Shown: one piece after another, positions 38,693 through 48,814 of the stretch | Position numbering within the stretch: position 1 is the stretch's first letter | Layout of the letters: every line of letters begins with the position of its first letter | Origin: an uncultured delta proteobacterium | GTDB lineage: Bacteria > Desulfobacterota > Binatia > Binatales > Binataceae | NCBI GenBank assembly: GCA_963765675.1 | Contig: CAVXXK010000001.1 | Span: 1,984,001 to 2,048,000, forward strand | Length of the DNA: 64,000 nucleotides | Direction of reading: 5' to 3' | Position numbers and translations under genes: made by a program | Notes under the pieces: model-generated | Told to the model about the DNA's origin: nothing | The model's database searches: none | The model's input: only the letters and a program-made list of their open reading frames with translations

Positions 38693-39951
38693 TGAACCTT
38701 GCCGACCAGCAATAGCGATTCGGCTACCGCCTCGCGCGCGTCGAATTGGTAGACGAAGCGCTGCACGCGAAGCTGCTCGGACTGCTGATAGGCATCAAGC
38801 ACCTCGAGCACGGTGGCGCTGCCGCCGCCCAGAAAGCGCGTCCAGGTGAGCGCGAACGCGTCGTCGGCGGTGGGCTGCGCCTGGGCGAGGATTTTCAATT
38901 GCTCGTTTGCCTGCTGGTAACGCAGCGCCGCATCCTTGAGCCGCCGTTCGAGCAGATACTCGGTTTGGCGCAACTGCGCATGTGCGGTCTGCTCCTTCGC
39001 TTTCGCCTGATCGACGTGCGCGTCGATTAGCCCGCCTTCGAACACCGGCATCGAGATTACCCCGTCGTACGAGGCGCCGTAATCGTGGTTGATCGTGGCG
39101 GGTGGATCGACCCCGAGAGCTCCGGTGGTCAGCGCGATCTGAAAAGTCGGCAGGCGTTCGGCGCGCGCGGCGCGCACCTGGAGGTCGGCGGCGGAAATCG
39201 CGCGCTGCGCCGCCAGCATCGCGGGGCTGTGCGCGATATCGCTTTCGGGCTCGGCGGGCAATCCGTCCGGACCGGCGATCGCGATATCGGTCGCATCAAA
39301 GTCGCCGATTAACGAACCCAAATTGGCCGACGCGCGGCGCACGTCGCCCTGCGCGCTGGCCAGTGCGAGCTCGGTTGCATCGCGCGCGCTGCGAATCTTG
39401 AGCTCGTCGTTCGCGATCGCGCGTCCGGTGCCATGCAACTGCTCGACCGTCGCGACGTAGCGGTTAAGGCGCTGAACGCTGCCCGACACTTCATGCTCGG
39501 TAGCGTGAGCGCGCAGCAGCTCGTAGTAGGCGCTGCGAGTATCGAAAGCGATCTGGGCGCGCGCGGCAGCAACGCCGAGCGTCGCCGCCTCGCTGACGTA
39601 GCGCGCCGCACGGTAGCGAGCCTCGCGGCGGCCCCAGTCGAACGCGGTGTAGTTCAGCGCGAGAAGCGCACTGGACAGACCGCGGTTGGTGACCACTTCG
39701 TTGTAGCCGGGCGATTGGGAATACTCAGCCCCGGCGGTGATGCTCGGAAACAGCGGGGCGCGCGCTTCGCGTGCGTGCGCTTCGGTCAGGTCACTGGTTC
39801 CCGAAGCCACCGCGATCGACGGAGCGAACACCAGCGCGCGATCGATCGCTTCCTTGAGCGTCAGCGGCGCGGCCATCGCACTGCCGGCAGCCAGCAGCAG
39901 CATCAAGGCGGTCACCGCAGCCACACGGATATGAGAATGCGGATGCGTCAT
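38689..39951 (-). CDS. TolC family outer membrane protein
   Basis: Signal peptide; LTLKEAIDRAL, ARAERLP, MPVFEGG, GSATVLEVLDA. Confidence 0.9.
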   Translation of the reverse strand: MTHPHSHIRVAAVTALMLLLAAGSAMAAPLTLKEAIDRALVFAPSIAVASGTSDLTEAHAREARAPLFPSITAGAEYSQSPGYNEVVTNRGLSSALLALNYTAFDWGRREARYRAARYVSEAATLGVAAARAQIAFDTRSAYYELLRAHATEHEVSGSVQRLNRYVATVEQLHGTGRAIANDELKIRSARDATELALASAQGDVRRASANLGSLIGDFDATDIAIAGPDGLPAEPESDIAHSPAMLAAQRAISAADLQVRAARAERLPTFQIALTTGALGVDPPATINHDYGASYDGVISMPVFEGGLIDAHVDQAKAKEQTAHAQLRQTEYLLERRLKDAALRYQQANEQLKILAQAQPTADDAFALTWTRFLGGGSATVLEVLDAYQQSEQLRVQRFVYQFDAREAVAESLLLVGKVQ

Positions 39952-39999
39952 AAGCCGGAAATTAACATTGACGGCGGACGCAAGCCTAGTGAACGGAAA

Positions 40000-41397
40000 T
40001 TAAGCAACCCTGGCTGTGAGTTGAGCGCTTTCAGAGGGTTGCAGCGCGCGAGTCCCGCGCAGCGGCAGTTTGACCACAAATACCGCCCCTCCGGAGGGCC
40101 GGTTGGCGGCGGCGATTTGCCCGCCGTGATAGCGTGCGATTTCGCGGCACAGGCTCAAGCCCAGTCCGCTGCCCTCGCCGCCGGCATGCGCACCGCGGAA
40201 AAAGCGCTCGAAGACCAGGGGCAGCTCGGTGGGTTCGATCCCGGGTCCGGTATCCGCGACGCGGAGGACCGCGCGTCCCTCGACATTGGCTAGGCCGATC
40301 TCGATTTTGCCGCCGGCGGGCGTGAACTTGAGCGCATTGTCGATCAGGTTGATCACCAGGCGGCGCAGATGCGGCGCGCTGCCCTCGATGATCGCCGACG
40401 CGAGCTCGGCGTTGCGCAACTCGACATTTTTCGCGGTCGCAAGCGGCTCGACCGTCGCGGTGACTTCGGCGACCAGCGCGCGCAGGTCGACCGGTTTGCG
40501 CTCGATTGCGACTTCACCGTTGAGCCGCGTGAGCATCAGCAGCTCTTCGGCGATCTTGCATAGTCCGATGACCTCGCGATGCGCATTCTCGAGCGCCGCG
40601 CGATTTTCGGCGCTAGAGCGCTCCCGCGTCAGCGCCACGTCGAGCCCAGTGCGCAGCACCGCCAATGGAGTGCGCAGCTCGTGCGCGGCGTCGGAGGCAA
40701 AGCGCCGCTCGGTGACCGATGCGCTTTCGAGCCGGTCGAGCAGTGCGTTGATGACGTCGGTGAGCCTTCCGATTTCATCGTAAGCTTCTGGTGCGGGCAG
40801 GCGGCGATTCAAATCGTGCGGTTGGATATCGCCGAGTGAGGCTGCAAGCGACGCGACCGGCGCGAGCGCGCGGCCCGCAAGCAGATAGCCGCCGGCGACG
40901 CACAGGATCAATAGCATCGGCACGACCAGCAACAGCGTATCGCGCAAACGTTTCACCGACTGGCGAATCGGGGTCACATCAGCGCCATCCATCAGGAGCG
41001 CGTCCTCGCCCGAGAACATCAGCGGTTTGATCGCAAAGCTGAAATTGTCCTTGGCGACGCGCGATATACCGCGAAAGCGGCTTCCCACCGCGATATTAGG
41101 AAGCTGAATAGTCTGGGCGCCGAAGTCGGCGACCACGCCGCCTTGAGTGATCAGCACGACGCGCCGGCGCGGGCCAAGATCGCGTTCGAGGCTGAGCCCG
41201 CGCAGCAGGGCGGCAGCGCGCGGACGGTCGGCGACCGCGAGCTCATGCGCGCTGGTGTCGGCTTCTTCGAGCAACGCGGCGTGGAGCGCGCCATACTGCT
41301 CGCGCTCAAAGAGCTTGAGGGCAGCAAATGCGGCAATGAGCAGGATCGCGCCCAGCACGAGCGCCCAATAGATCGTGAGCCGGAGCCGGATGCTCAT
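40000..41397 (-). CDS. Sensor histidine kinase (HAMP-HisKA-HATPase)
   Basis: MSIRLRLT, FASDAAHELRTPL, NLIDNALKFT, DTGPGI, GSGLGL. Confidence 0.93.
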   Translation of the reverse strand: MSIRLRLTIYWALVLGAILLIAAFAALKLFEREQYGALHAALLEEADTSAHELAVADRPRAAALLRGLSLERDLGPRRRVVLITQGGVVADFGAQTIQLPNIAVGSRFRGISRVAKDNFSFAIKPLMFSGEDALLMDGADVTPIRQSVKRLRDTLLLVVPMLLILCVAGGYLLAGRALAPVASLAASLGDIQPHDLNRRLPAPEAYDEIGRLTDVINALLDRLESASVTERRFASDAAHELRTPLAVLRTGLDVALTRERSSAENRAALENAHREVIGLCKIAEELLMLTRLNGEVAIERKPVDLRALVAEVTATVEPLATAKNVELRNAELASAIIEGSAPHLRRLVINLIDNALKFTPAGGKIEIGLANVEGRAVLRVADTGPGIEPTELPLVFERFFRGAHAGGEGSGLGLSLCREIARYHGGQIAAANRPSGGAVFVVKLPLRGTRALQPSESAQLTARVA

Positions 41398-41420
41398 TGC
41401 GTCCGTCAACGCCCGCGGGG

Positions 41421-42101
41421 CTAGCCCGCGCGCATCATGTAGCCAACGCCACGCACGGTGGTGATCATCGAGTTTTTCGCATCGTCGTCGATTTTCTGCC
41501 GCAGCCGATTGACGAACACCTCGATCAAATTGGTGAAGACATTGTAGTCGGAGTCCCACACCGACTCGGCGATCATGTCGCGCGTGACGGTTTCACCAGC
41601 GCGCCGCATCAGCAGCTCCAGTAGCATCGCCTCTTTCGGCGAAAGCGCGATCGCTTTGCCAGCGCGCTTGGCGCGGCGCTTGACCGTATCGAATTCGAGC
41701 TCGCCGACCTTGAGCACTGGGGTTCGCGCCGCCGGTCGCCGCCGTGCGAGCGCGTGAATTCTCGCGAGCAGCTCCGCGAAAGCGAACGGCTTGACCAGGT
41801 AATCGTCGCCGCCGCTGTCGAGTCCGGTCACGCGATCTTCCACCGAGCTGCGCGCGGTCAGGAACAGCACCGGCGTGGTGTCGCCGGCAGCCCGCCGTTC
41901 GCGCAGAAAATCGACGCCGCTCTTCCCGGGCAGCCCGATATCGAGCACCATCAGGTCGTAGGTTTTGCGCGCGAGGATCTGCGCGGCTTCCTCGGCGGAC
42001 TTGACCCAATCCAAGGCTATACCCTCTTCGGTAAGGCCCTGGCGCAGATTGCCGGCGAGTCTCTCTTCGTCTTCGATCAGCAGCACGCCCAAGGACTGCA
42101 T
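41421..42101 (-). CDS. OmpR-family response regulator (CusR/CzcR-like)
   Basis: LIEDE, VLDIGLPG, FLTAR, DDYLVKPF, TTVRGVGY. Confidence 0.94.
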   Translation of the reverse strand: MQSLGVLLIEDEERLAGNLRQGLTEEGIALDWVKSAEEAAQILARKTYDLMVLDIGLPGKSGVDFLRERRAAGDTTPVLFLTARSSVEDRVTGLDSGGDDYLVKPFAFAELLARIHALARRRPAARTPVLKVGELEFDTVKRRAKRAGKAIALSPKEAMLLELLMRRAGETVTRDMIAESVWDSDYNVFTNLIEVFVNRLRQKIDDDAKNSMITTVRGVGYMMRAG

Positions 42102-42155
42102 ACCCTAGATGCTGGCACGGGCGCGCGGGCAATTAAAGCGGGTAGATGAGGGGTC

Positions 42156-42803
42156 TCAAATCACGAGGCAGAGCACGCCCGCGGCGATCAAGGCGCCGGC
42201 CCATACGGTATCGAGGTTGATCCAGGCGCTGCGCAGAATTTTGAGCCCGACTTTCTCGTAAACGACGACCGCGATCGTGCCCATCACGATCAGCATCGCG
42301 CCGGTATGCAGGATCACAACTGCCGCGGCCGTCACCACGGGATGAGCCTGCGGTAGCATCGGCATGCCGTGATGATGCATCGGAGCGCCCGCGGGAGTGT
42401 TCATCCCGAGCAGAATCGGAAACAGCATCAGGCCCGCGCCATGCGCGGACGCCATCAGGAACGACCAGAGCGCCAGGTCGCCGAAACTCACGCGCATCGC
42501 GACCCATCGCGGATGCGCTCGGGGCCAGAAGAAGCGGAACAATCCGAAGATGATCAGCGCGCCCGCGCCGGCCGGCCGGACCATCGCAAACGGGAACGAG
42601 GATTGAAGGAGCGAGATCGCCGCCACGACCACCGCGATCGAGACCAGATGCCCGATCGCGATCGGAATCAGCGCGCCAAGAACTTTTGCGCGACTGCGCT
42701 CTTGCAGGCCGAGCGCCACCGCGAACAGCCAGCCCATCGAGGGATCGATGCCGTGGTAGGCGCCCAGGGCAGCAACCGCGATCCAGGGCCATGCGCCGCT
42801 CAC
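42156..42803 (-). CDS. His-rich membrane protein coupled to SBP56
   Basis: About 6 TM segments; GAYHGIDPSMGW, IGHLVS, MASAHGAG, MHHHG loop, LHTGAM; 4-nt overlap with SBP56. Confidence 0.8.
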   Translation of the reverse strand: MSGAWPWIAVAALGAYHGIDPSMGWLFAVALGLQERSRAKVLGALIPIAIGHLVSIAVVVAAISLLQSSFPFAMVRPAGAGALIIFGLFRFFWPRAHPRWVAMRVSFGDLALWSFLMASAHGAGLMLFPILLGMNTPAGAPMHHHGMPMLPQAHPVVTAAAVVILHTGAMLIVMGTIAVVVYEKVGLKILRSAWINLDTVWAGALIAAGVLCLVI

Positions 42804-44191
42804 GGATAGCAGAACGAGTCTGAAGAGGTGTCGCCACCCTCGAGCCGAATCTGATGTGGTCGCTCACCGTCGAACTTGGTGAAGAATTTTGGATCGAGCG
42901 CAATACCGCCGGCAGGATTCGTGTCGATCTTGGCGACCCATCCGCGAATGCCTTCGGGATAGAACTGCGCGTCCCACGAATTATACAGCGAGTTGCTGAC
43001 GTACAAGCGGCGTCCGTCGCGGCTGAGCTCGATCATTTGGGTACCGCCATTGAGCGCGCCGCTTTTCGGATGCGCGGCGTGCGACGTGATTCCGCCCAGG
43101 CGAACGGTGCCAGTGAGCTTCGGATGCGCGGGGTCGGTAACGTCATATTGCTTCAGGTCTCCGGTGCCGAAGCATGCGACGTACAGAAAGCGATCGTCGA
43201 GGCTCAAGTTGATGTCGGTAACGAGCGGTGGCACCGCCTTGAAGGGTTTGAGCGCGGGCGGCAGCACCGAGGGATCGGCTGGCTCAGCGGGAATTTCGAT
43301 TACCTTCTTGATCGACCAGTCGTCGCCGGTGCGATTCCACATCCACACTGACGCCGAAAGATCCTTGGTCGATATGACAACCCCAACGAAGCCGAAAGTC
43401 TTGGTGGGATCGTGCGAGGGACGCAGCTCGAGCGGCATCTGCTGCTCAGCGCCGAGATCCAGCGTCTTCAGATGACGCCGCTTGCGCAAATCCCACAGAT
43501 GGATCGCGTGGCCGTATTTGCCGCCGAGCAGCAATTCCGGCACCACCCCGTCTTCGATCATCTTGGGCGTGCCCCATTCGCTGGTGATTGCGATGTCGTA
43601 GCCGAGATGCCACCAGAAATCGTAGGCGAAGTACTGCGGCCCGCGATCGACTTCCCATCGCCCCAGTACGTCGAAGCTCTCGTGATCGAGCAGAAAGATT
43701 CCGCCTGGTCCGTCGCCGTTCGGAGCGCCAATCGCGCTGACATAAATCGCGTCAGGCCCGCAGTGGATCGTATGCGGCCGGCTGTAGCCGGTGCGGTCGG
43801 CGATTTCCTTGGCCTCGATGATCTTGACGATCTTGGGCTTTCGCGGGTCGGGCTTGGTATCGAAGATATAGATTCGAGAAGAACGCAGCCCGGGCACCAG
43901 CAGGTAGCGCCGCTCGACATGCGGATGAGGCGCGTAGGGGCACAGCGCGGCGCTGCATGCATTCCATCCGAAGTGATGCAGCTCGTCGCCGGCAAATTCG
44001 GTCTCGGTGCGTCCGACGACTTGTCCATACTCGGCGGATTGCGGGTCAACGTCGAGTACGCACAGCGCGTCGCGGCGGCCGTTGTCGGGAGTAGGGTTGA
44101 AGGTCACCACATAGCCGAGCTTCTCGCGCGGCGCATTCATCGCCATCTTGGCGGAAGGATAAAAGGTCTGGTCCGGTTTCCACAGCGCCAT
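42800..44191 (-). CDS. Selenium-binding protein SBP56 / methanethiol oxidase-like
   Basis: DELHHFGWNACS, PHTIHCGP, YDFWWH, TSEWG, QMIELSRDGRRLYVSNSLY..WDAQFYP; no signal peptide. Confidence 0.93.
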   Translation of the reverse strand: MALWKPDQTFYPSAKMAMNAPREKLGYVVTFNPTPDNGRRDALCVLDVDPQSAEYGQVVGRTETEFAGDELHHFGWNACSAALCPYAPHPHVERRYLLVPGLRSSRIYIFDTKPDPRKPKIVKIIEAKEIADRTGYSRPHTIHCGPDAIYVSAIGAPNGDGPGGIFLLDHESFDVLGRWEVDRGPQYFAYDFWWHLGYDIAITSEWGTPKMIEDGVVPELLLGGKYGHAIHLWDLRKRRHLKTLDLGAEQQMPLELRPSHDPTKTFGFVGVVISTKDLSASVWMWNRTGDDWSIKKVIEIPAEPADPSVLPPALKPFKAVPPLVTDINLSLDDRFLYVACFGTGDLKQYDVTDPAHPKLTGTVRLGGITSHAAHPKSGALNGGTQMIELSRDGRRLYVSNSLYNSWDAQFYPEGIRGWVAKIDTNPAGGIALDPKFFTKFDGERPHQIRLEGGDTSSDSFCYP

Positions 44192-44356
44192 CGTCAAATA
44201 CCTCCGGGCAACGGTTGCTCCGAAGCTAACTCACGCTTCATGTTCACGCAAAGCGCGGAGCGGCTGGCGCTAGCGATGGTCATGCGGACCGGCTTTGTCC
44301 TAAGTTAGGCGCATCGAAGATTCGGCGACGCCGGCGTCCGCAAAGGAGTATCTACG

Positions 44357-45165
44357 ATGGCGTACAAGCATATCGAATATGAAAAGAACGGACGGATCGC
44401 GCGCGTGATCCTTGCCCGGCCCGAGCGGCGTAACGCCCAATCGCGCATTCTGCTCGAAGAGATGGACGCGGCGTTCACCGATGCCAACGACGACGACGAG
44501 GTCCGCGTGATCGTGCTCTCCGGCAAGGGCGAACATTTTTGCTCCGGCCACGATCTCGGAACGCCGGAGGAAAAAGAAGATGCTGCGCGCCGTCCGTATG
44601 GCAAAGGATTGCGCGCGATATATTCGCGCTCGCGAAAGCTGTTCCTGGATAACACGATGCGCTGGCGCGACCTGGACAAACCGACAATCGCGATGGTTCA
44701 AGGCTACTGTATCTTTGGCGGATGGATGTTCGCGGCGGCGATGGACCTGATCGTCGCGTCGGAGGACGCGCAGTTCCTGCCCTCGCTGCTCCAATACTTT
44801 TCGATTCCGTGGGATCTGCCGATCCGCAAGGCGAAGGAGGTCCTGTTTCAGAGCCGGTTCGTTAGCGCCGAAGAGGCCTGCCGGCTCGGCTTCGTCAATA
44901 TCGTGGTCCCGCGCGAAAAGCTCGAGGCGGAGACGCTGGCGCTGGCCGAGCGGATTGCCGAGAGCGATCGGATGACGCTCAGGATGCTCAAATTCGCGAT
45001 CAATAACGCGCAGGATGAGATGGGATTTCGCAACTCGGTGCGCAACGCGCACTCGCATCATATGCTGCTCGGCGTGGGACCGCTTCTCCGCAACTCGGAA
45101 GAGGGCAGGTGCTGCCGAAACGGATGCCCGGGGTCGAGCAGGCGCTCAAGAAATCCGCCAGATAG
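44357..45165 (+). CDS. Crotonase-family protein (probable frameshift near 45105; true stop likely 45165)
   Basis: LARPERRNA, FCSGHDL; alternative-frame tail QVLPKRMPGVEQALKKSAR*. Confidence 0.8.
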
Positions 45166-45216
45166 CCGTCAGCCGCACTTTCGACTCGCGCGCATCGCGG
45201 CGGCATACTCCACAGC

Positions 45217-46146
45217 GTGGTTGGGTGCTTCCGCGTGCGCAAAATTCTTATCGTCATCGCGATTTTTTCGGTGGCGCTTAGCGGCATTTCGGACGCGCAG
45301 GAGCTGGCACCGCTCTCCAATCAGATCGTCGGGCAGAGCATCGACTATACAATTCAGAAGGGCGACAACTGGATTCGGCTGGGCGCGCGGCTCGGCGTGG
45401 GCGCCGCGGTAATCGCCGCCGACAACAATGTTGCGCTCGGTTCGACGATGACGGCGGGCAAGACGCTGCACATCGACAATCGCCACATCGTGCCGATTCA
45501 GTTCGTCGACGGCATCGTGATCAATCTTCCGCAGCGGATGCTGTTTTACTTCGAGGACTACGCGCTCAAGGGCGCCTATCCGGTGGCGGTCGGGCGCGTC
45601 GCTCCGCAGTGGCGCACGCCGACCGGCAAGTTCAGGATTATCCAGATGCGAGAGGCGCCAATCTGGCGCGTTCCCGATTCGGTCCGCGAGGAGATGCTCG
45701 CCAATGGCAAGGTGCCGGTGAGCGTCGTGCAGCCGGGCCCGGACAATCCGCTCGGCGACTATTGGATCGGCATCAACCTGCCCTCGATCGGGATTCACGG
45801 CACCAACTCGCCGATGGGGATTTACGGATTTCACACGCACGGATGTATCCGGCTGAATCCGGCGGATGTCGAGGCGCTTTACCAGTCGGTCGATATGGGT
45901 GATCGCGGCGTGATCATCTATCAGCCGATCATGCTGGCGCGAACCGGCGACGGCCATATCTATCTGGAAGTGAATCGCGACGCGTACAATAAGGGAATCA
46001 GCGGAATCGGCTACGTTCGAAAGCTTGCAGACGCCGACCATTTGAGCGATCTAATTGATTGGTCCCGCGCAGGGGAGGTGACCGACCGCGCCGACGGAGT
46101 TGCGCGCGAGGTTACGGCGGGAATTGAGGTGGGGATAGGAAAATGA
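45217..46146 (+). CDS. L,D-transpeptidase (LysM + YkuD)
   Basis: YTIQKGDN, YPVAVGR, PGPDNPLG, IGIHGTN...THGCIRL. Confidence 0.92.
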   Translation: MVGCFRVRKILIVIAIFSVALSGISDAQELAPLSNQIVGQSIDYTIQKGDNWIRLGARLGVGAAVIAADNNVALGSTMTAGKTLHIDNRHIVPIQFVDGIVINLPQRMLFYFEDYALKGAYPVAVGRVAPQWRTPTGKFRIIQMREAPIWRVPDSVREEMLANGKVPVSVVQPGPDNPLGDYWIGINLPSIGIHGTNSPMGIYGFHTHGCIRLNPADVEALYQSVDMGDRGVIIYQPIMLARTGDGHIYLEVNRDAYNKGISGIGYVRKLADADHLSDLIDWSRAGEVTDRADGVAREVTAGIEVGIGK

Positions 46147-46753
46147 AAAGCGGAGACGACGCGCACCAATCGATATCGCGCCGGCGCTTCATCAAGAGCG
46201 CCGTCAGCGCAGGAATCGTCGGCGCGGCGCCGATGGTCATTCCCGCATCGGCGTGGGCGCGGATACGCGTGCGGCGCCACATTCGTCATCACGCTGGACG
46301 AATCGGCGCGCTCGCTCAGCTTCAATAATCTGCACACCGGCGAGACGGCTGCACGCGGTCTACTGGGAGCACGGCGAGTACGTTCCCGGCGGACTGGAAC
46401 AAATCAACTATATTTTGCGCGACTACCGCCGCGACGAAGTAAAGCCGATCGATCCGAAGCTGCTCGATCTGCTGGTCGCGCTGCGCACCCGGCTGCATAC
46501 CAGCGCTCCCTACGAAGTGATATCCGGCTACCGATCTCCGATAACGAACGCGATGCTGTTCAACACGACCGAAGGTGTGGCGCTGCACAGCATGCACGTG
46601 CAGGGCAAGGCGATCGACATCCACGTGCCCGGGCGCAACCTCAGAACGGTAAGACTCGCGGCGCTGTCGCTGCGTCGCGGCGGAGTCGGCTACTATCCCA
46701 ACTCAAATTTTGTTCACGTAGATACGGGCCGCGTCCGCTGGTGGATGGGCTGA
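46143..46753 (+). CDS. YcbK/DUF882 (MepK-like M15 peptidase) with Tat signal; two frameshifts
   Basis: SRRRFIK Tat motif; RSLSFNNLHTGE in a second frame; IDPKLLDLL, ISGYRS, SMHVQGKAID, GGVGYYP..NFVHVDTG in a third frame. Confidence 0.82.
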
Positions 46754-46760
46754 CAGATTC

Positions 46761-47504
46761 TCATTTGGCCGCGACTGCGATCAGGCGCTGAGCCGCGTGA
46801 TCGTACGGCGCTCCAGCCAGCGTTCCGTATAATTCGACGCTCCGGAATCCAACTCCACGCAGCAACGCCGCCAACTCCGCGCCGGAATAGAGGCGCAGTG
46901 AGAACCTCGCTTCGTGGCGCGTGTTCCCGTCAAGCAGGATCCAGTGCGTCTCGATCTTCGACCATCCGTCGAGAAGGCGGCGCTCCTCGAGGAGAATGCT
47001 GCCATCGTGGCGGCGGCGCCAATCGCGCTCGCGAAATATCCGCGCCAGGGTTTCCTTGCCGTTCATGTCGAGCATGAATCGCCCGCCGTCGCGGAGGGAG
47101 GCATGTACGTTAGCGGCGGTGGTTTGGTCGTCCGCGGGATCATCGAAATAGCCGAATGCCGTGAAAACGTTGAGCGCGCAGTCGAAAGTATTTGGGCGCG
47201 AGAATTTACGCATGTCCGATTCGACAAATTCGGCTACGAGGCCCTCTTTGCTTGCGGCCTCTCGAGCGCGTTGCAAGTACGAACTGGTGCGATCCACTCC
47301 GGTCACGGAATATCCGCGCCGCGCGAATTCCAGGGAGTGACGCCCGATGCCGCAGCATAGATCGAGAACCTTCGCGCCCGGCGCGAGATGCGTGAGCTCG
47401 ATCATCCGATCGACTTCGCCGCGCGCAATATCAATGCGCCACGGATCGAACATCAGGTCGCCGAAGGTCTCCCAGAACGAATCCTGCTCGAACCATTGGC
47501 TCAT
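46761..47504 (-). CDS. Class I SAM-dependent methyltransferase
   Basis: VLDLCCGIGRH, VTGVD, FTAFGYF. Confidence 0.9.
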   Translation of the reverse strand: MSQWFEQDSFWETFGDLMFDPWRIDIARGEVDRMIELTHLAPGAKVLDLCCGIGRHSLEFARRGYSVTGVDRTSSYLQRAREAASKEGLVAEFVESDMRKFSRPNTFDCALNVFTAFGYFDDPADDQTTAANVHASLRDGGRFMLDMNGKETLARIFRERDWRRRHDGSILLEERRLLDGWSKIETHWILLDGNTRHEARFSLRLYSGAELAALLRGVGFRSVELYGTLAGAPYDHAAQRLIAVAAK

Positions 47505-47693
47505 CGCGTTGTCCTCGCGTGTCATTCATCCCGGATTTTGTCCGGACGCTGCATGTGTGACACTAGCGTTCCCGTCCGCGCAAAGCGGATCAAGCATATT
47601 GGGCCGCACGCCATAATCTATAACCTGAGCAAATCATACGCGTGGGAATTGAGCGGTGCGGATGCTATTAACCGTCGGTCAAGGAGGCTCGCT

Positions 47694-48095
47694 ATGCAGG
47701 GACTCGACAAGACCGGCGCGCTCGTCGGCCGCATTCTGCTCGCCGTGATTTTTATTCTCAGCGGCGCGACCAAGCTTGGCCATGGAGCCGCGATGGCGGG
47801 ATACATGGCCGCGCATCACATTCCAGGCTCGATGTCGGAGGTGCTGGTTTACGTCGCCGGGATTATCGAATTGGCGGGCGGCCTGATGCTGGTGTTTGGG
47901 TTCCATGCGCGGATCGCCGCGATCGTGCTCTTTCTGTTCCTGATCCCGGTCACGATTCTGTTCCACATCCTGCCGGGCGGAATGGCGAATCAGGTCAACA
48001 CGATGAAGAATATAGCGATCATGGGCGGATTGCTGATGGTCGCCTCGATGGGCGCGGGCGCTTTGAGCATGGACGCGATGCGCGGGCGTTCGTAG
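47694..48095 (+). CDS. DoxX family membrane protein
   Basis: GRILLAVIFILSGATK, IELAGGLML, MKNIAIMGGLL; AGGAGG SD. Confidence 0.9.
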   Translation: MQGLDKTGALVGRILLAVIFILSGATKLGHGAAMAGYMAAHHIPGSMSEVLVYVAGIIELAGGLMLVFGFHARIAAIVLFLFLIPVTILFHILPGGMANQVNTMKNIAIMGGLLMVASMGAGALSMDAMRGRS

Positions 48096-48125
48096 CGGCT
48101 GCGATCGCACGGCCCGGAAGCGCAA

Positions 48126-48153
48126 AGGGCGCGACCGTCGCCGGTCACGCCCT
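48126..48153 (-). terminator. Hairpin between convergent doxX and grxD
   Basis: On - strand a 12-bp stem AGGGCGUGACCG/CGGUCGCGCCCU with a GCGA tetraloop. Confidence 0.5.
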
Positions 48154-48174
48154 GTCGCGAAAAGCAATTTTGAT

Positions 48175-48507
48175 TCAGTGCTGTGCGGATTGTCCGACCG
48201 CGGCTTTTACTAGCGGTTCGAGCTCTCCGTTTTCGTACATTTCGCGGACGATGTCGCATCCGCCGACAAACTTCCCGTCGACATAGACCTGCGGAATCGT
48301 CGGCCAGTTGCTATAGCGCTTGATCGCGTCGCGCAGCTCCGGGTCGGCGAGCACGTCGGCAGTCGCGAACGGGACGCCCAGCTCTTCGAAAATCTGGACG
48401 GTCGCAGCGGAGAATCCGCATTGCGGAAAGCTGCGATTGCCCTTCATGAAAATCATTACCTTGTTCTCGCGAATCGCCGATTCAATCAGTTCGGTCACAT
48501 TTGCCAT
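48175..48507 (-). CDS. grxD: Monothiol glutaredoxin Grx4
   Basis: FMKG...PQCGFS, WPTIPQ, GGCDI. Confidence 0.96.
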   Translation of the reverse strand: MANVTELIESAIRENKVMIFMKGNRSFPQCGFSAATVQIFEELGVPFATADVLADPELRDAIKRYSNWPTIPQVYVDGKFVGGCDIVREMYENGELEPLVKAAVGQSAQH

Positions 48508-48515
48508 GGCGGCAT

Positions 48516-48761
48516 CTACCTCCGTTTTTCCGATTCCGCAGGAGTCAACGTCTTGAGTGTGAGCGCATGCACCCGCACGCGCATCGCTTCGCCCAGCGCT
48601 GCGTAAACCACTTGATGGCGCTGCACGAGGCCTTTGCCCTCGAACACCGGGCTCACGACGGTGGCTTCAAAATGGTCTCCGCCGCCGGTGGTGTCGCGGA
48701 CTTCCACGCGAGCTCCCGGGATTCCAGCGGCTATCAAGTTCTGAACTTCATTCGTATCCAT
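48516..48761 (-). CDS. BolA/IbaG family protein
   Basis: [31 protein letters not shown]; upstream of grxD. Confidence 0.94.
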   Translation of the reverse strand: MDTNEVQNLIAAGIPGARVEVRDTTGGGDHFEATVVSPVFEGKGLVQRHQVVYAALGEAMRVRVHALTLKTLTPAESEKRR

Positions 48762-48814
48762 ACTGGCGTCTCAACCGTCTATCTTATCGGCAGTGGGCGA
48801 ATCAAATCCACTGG

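Noticed and set aside
40000-41559. 519-aa version of the histidine kinase overlapping the response regulator
   Set aside because: The upstream extension is out-of-frame response-regulator sequence; MSIRLRL at 41397 is the typical start
45166-45412. Long C-terminal extension of the crotonase overlapping the L,D-transpeptidase
   Set aside because: Produced by the probable frameshift near 45105
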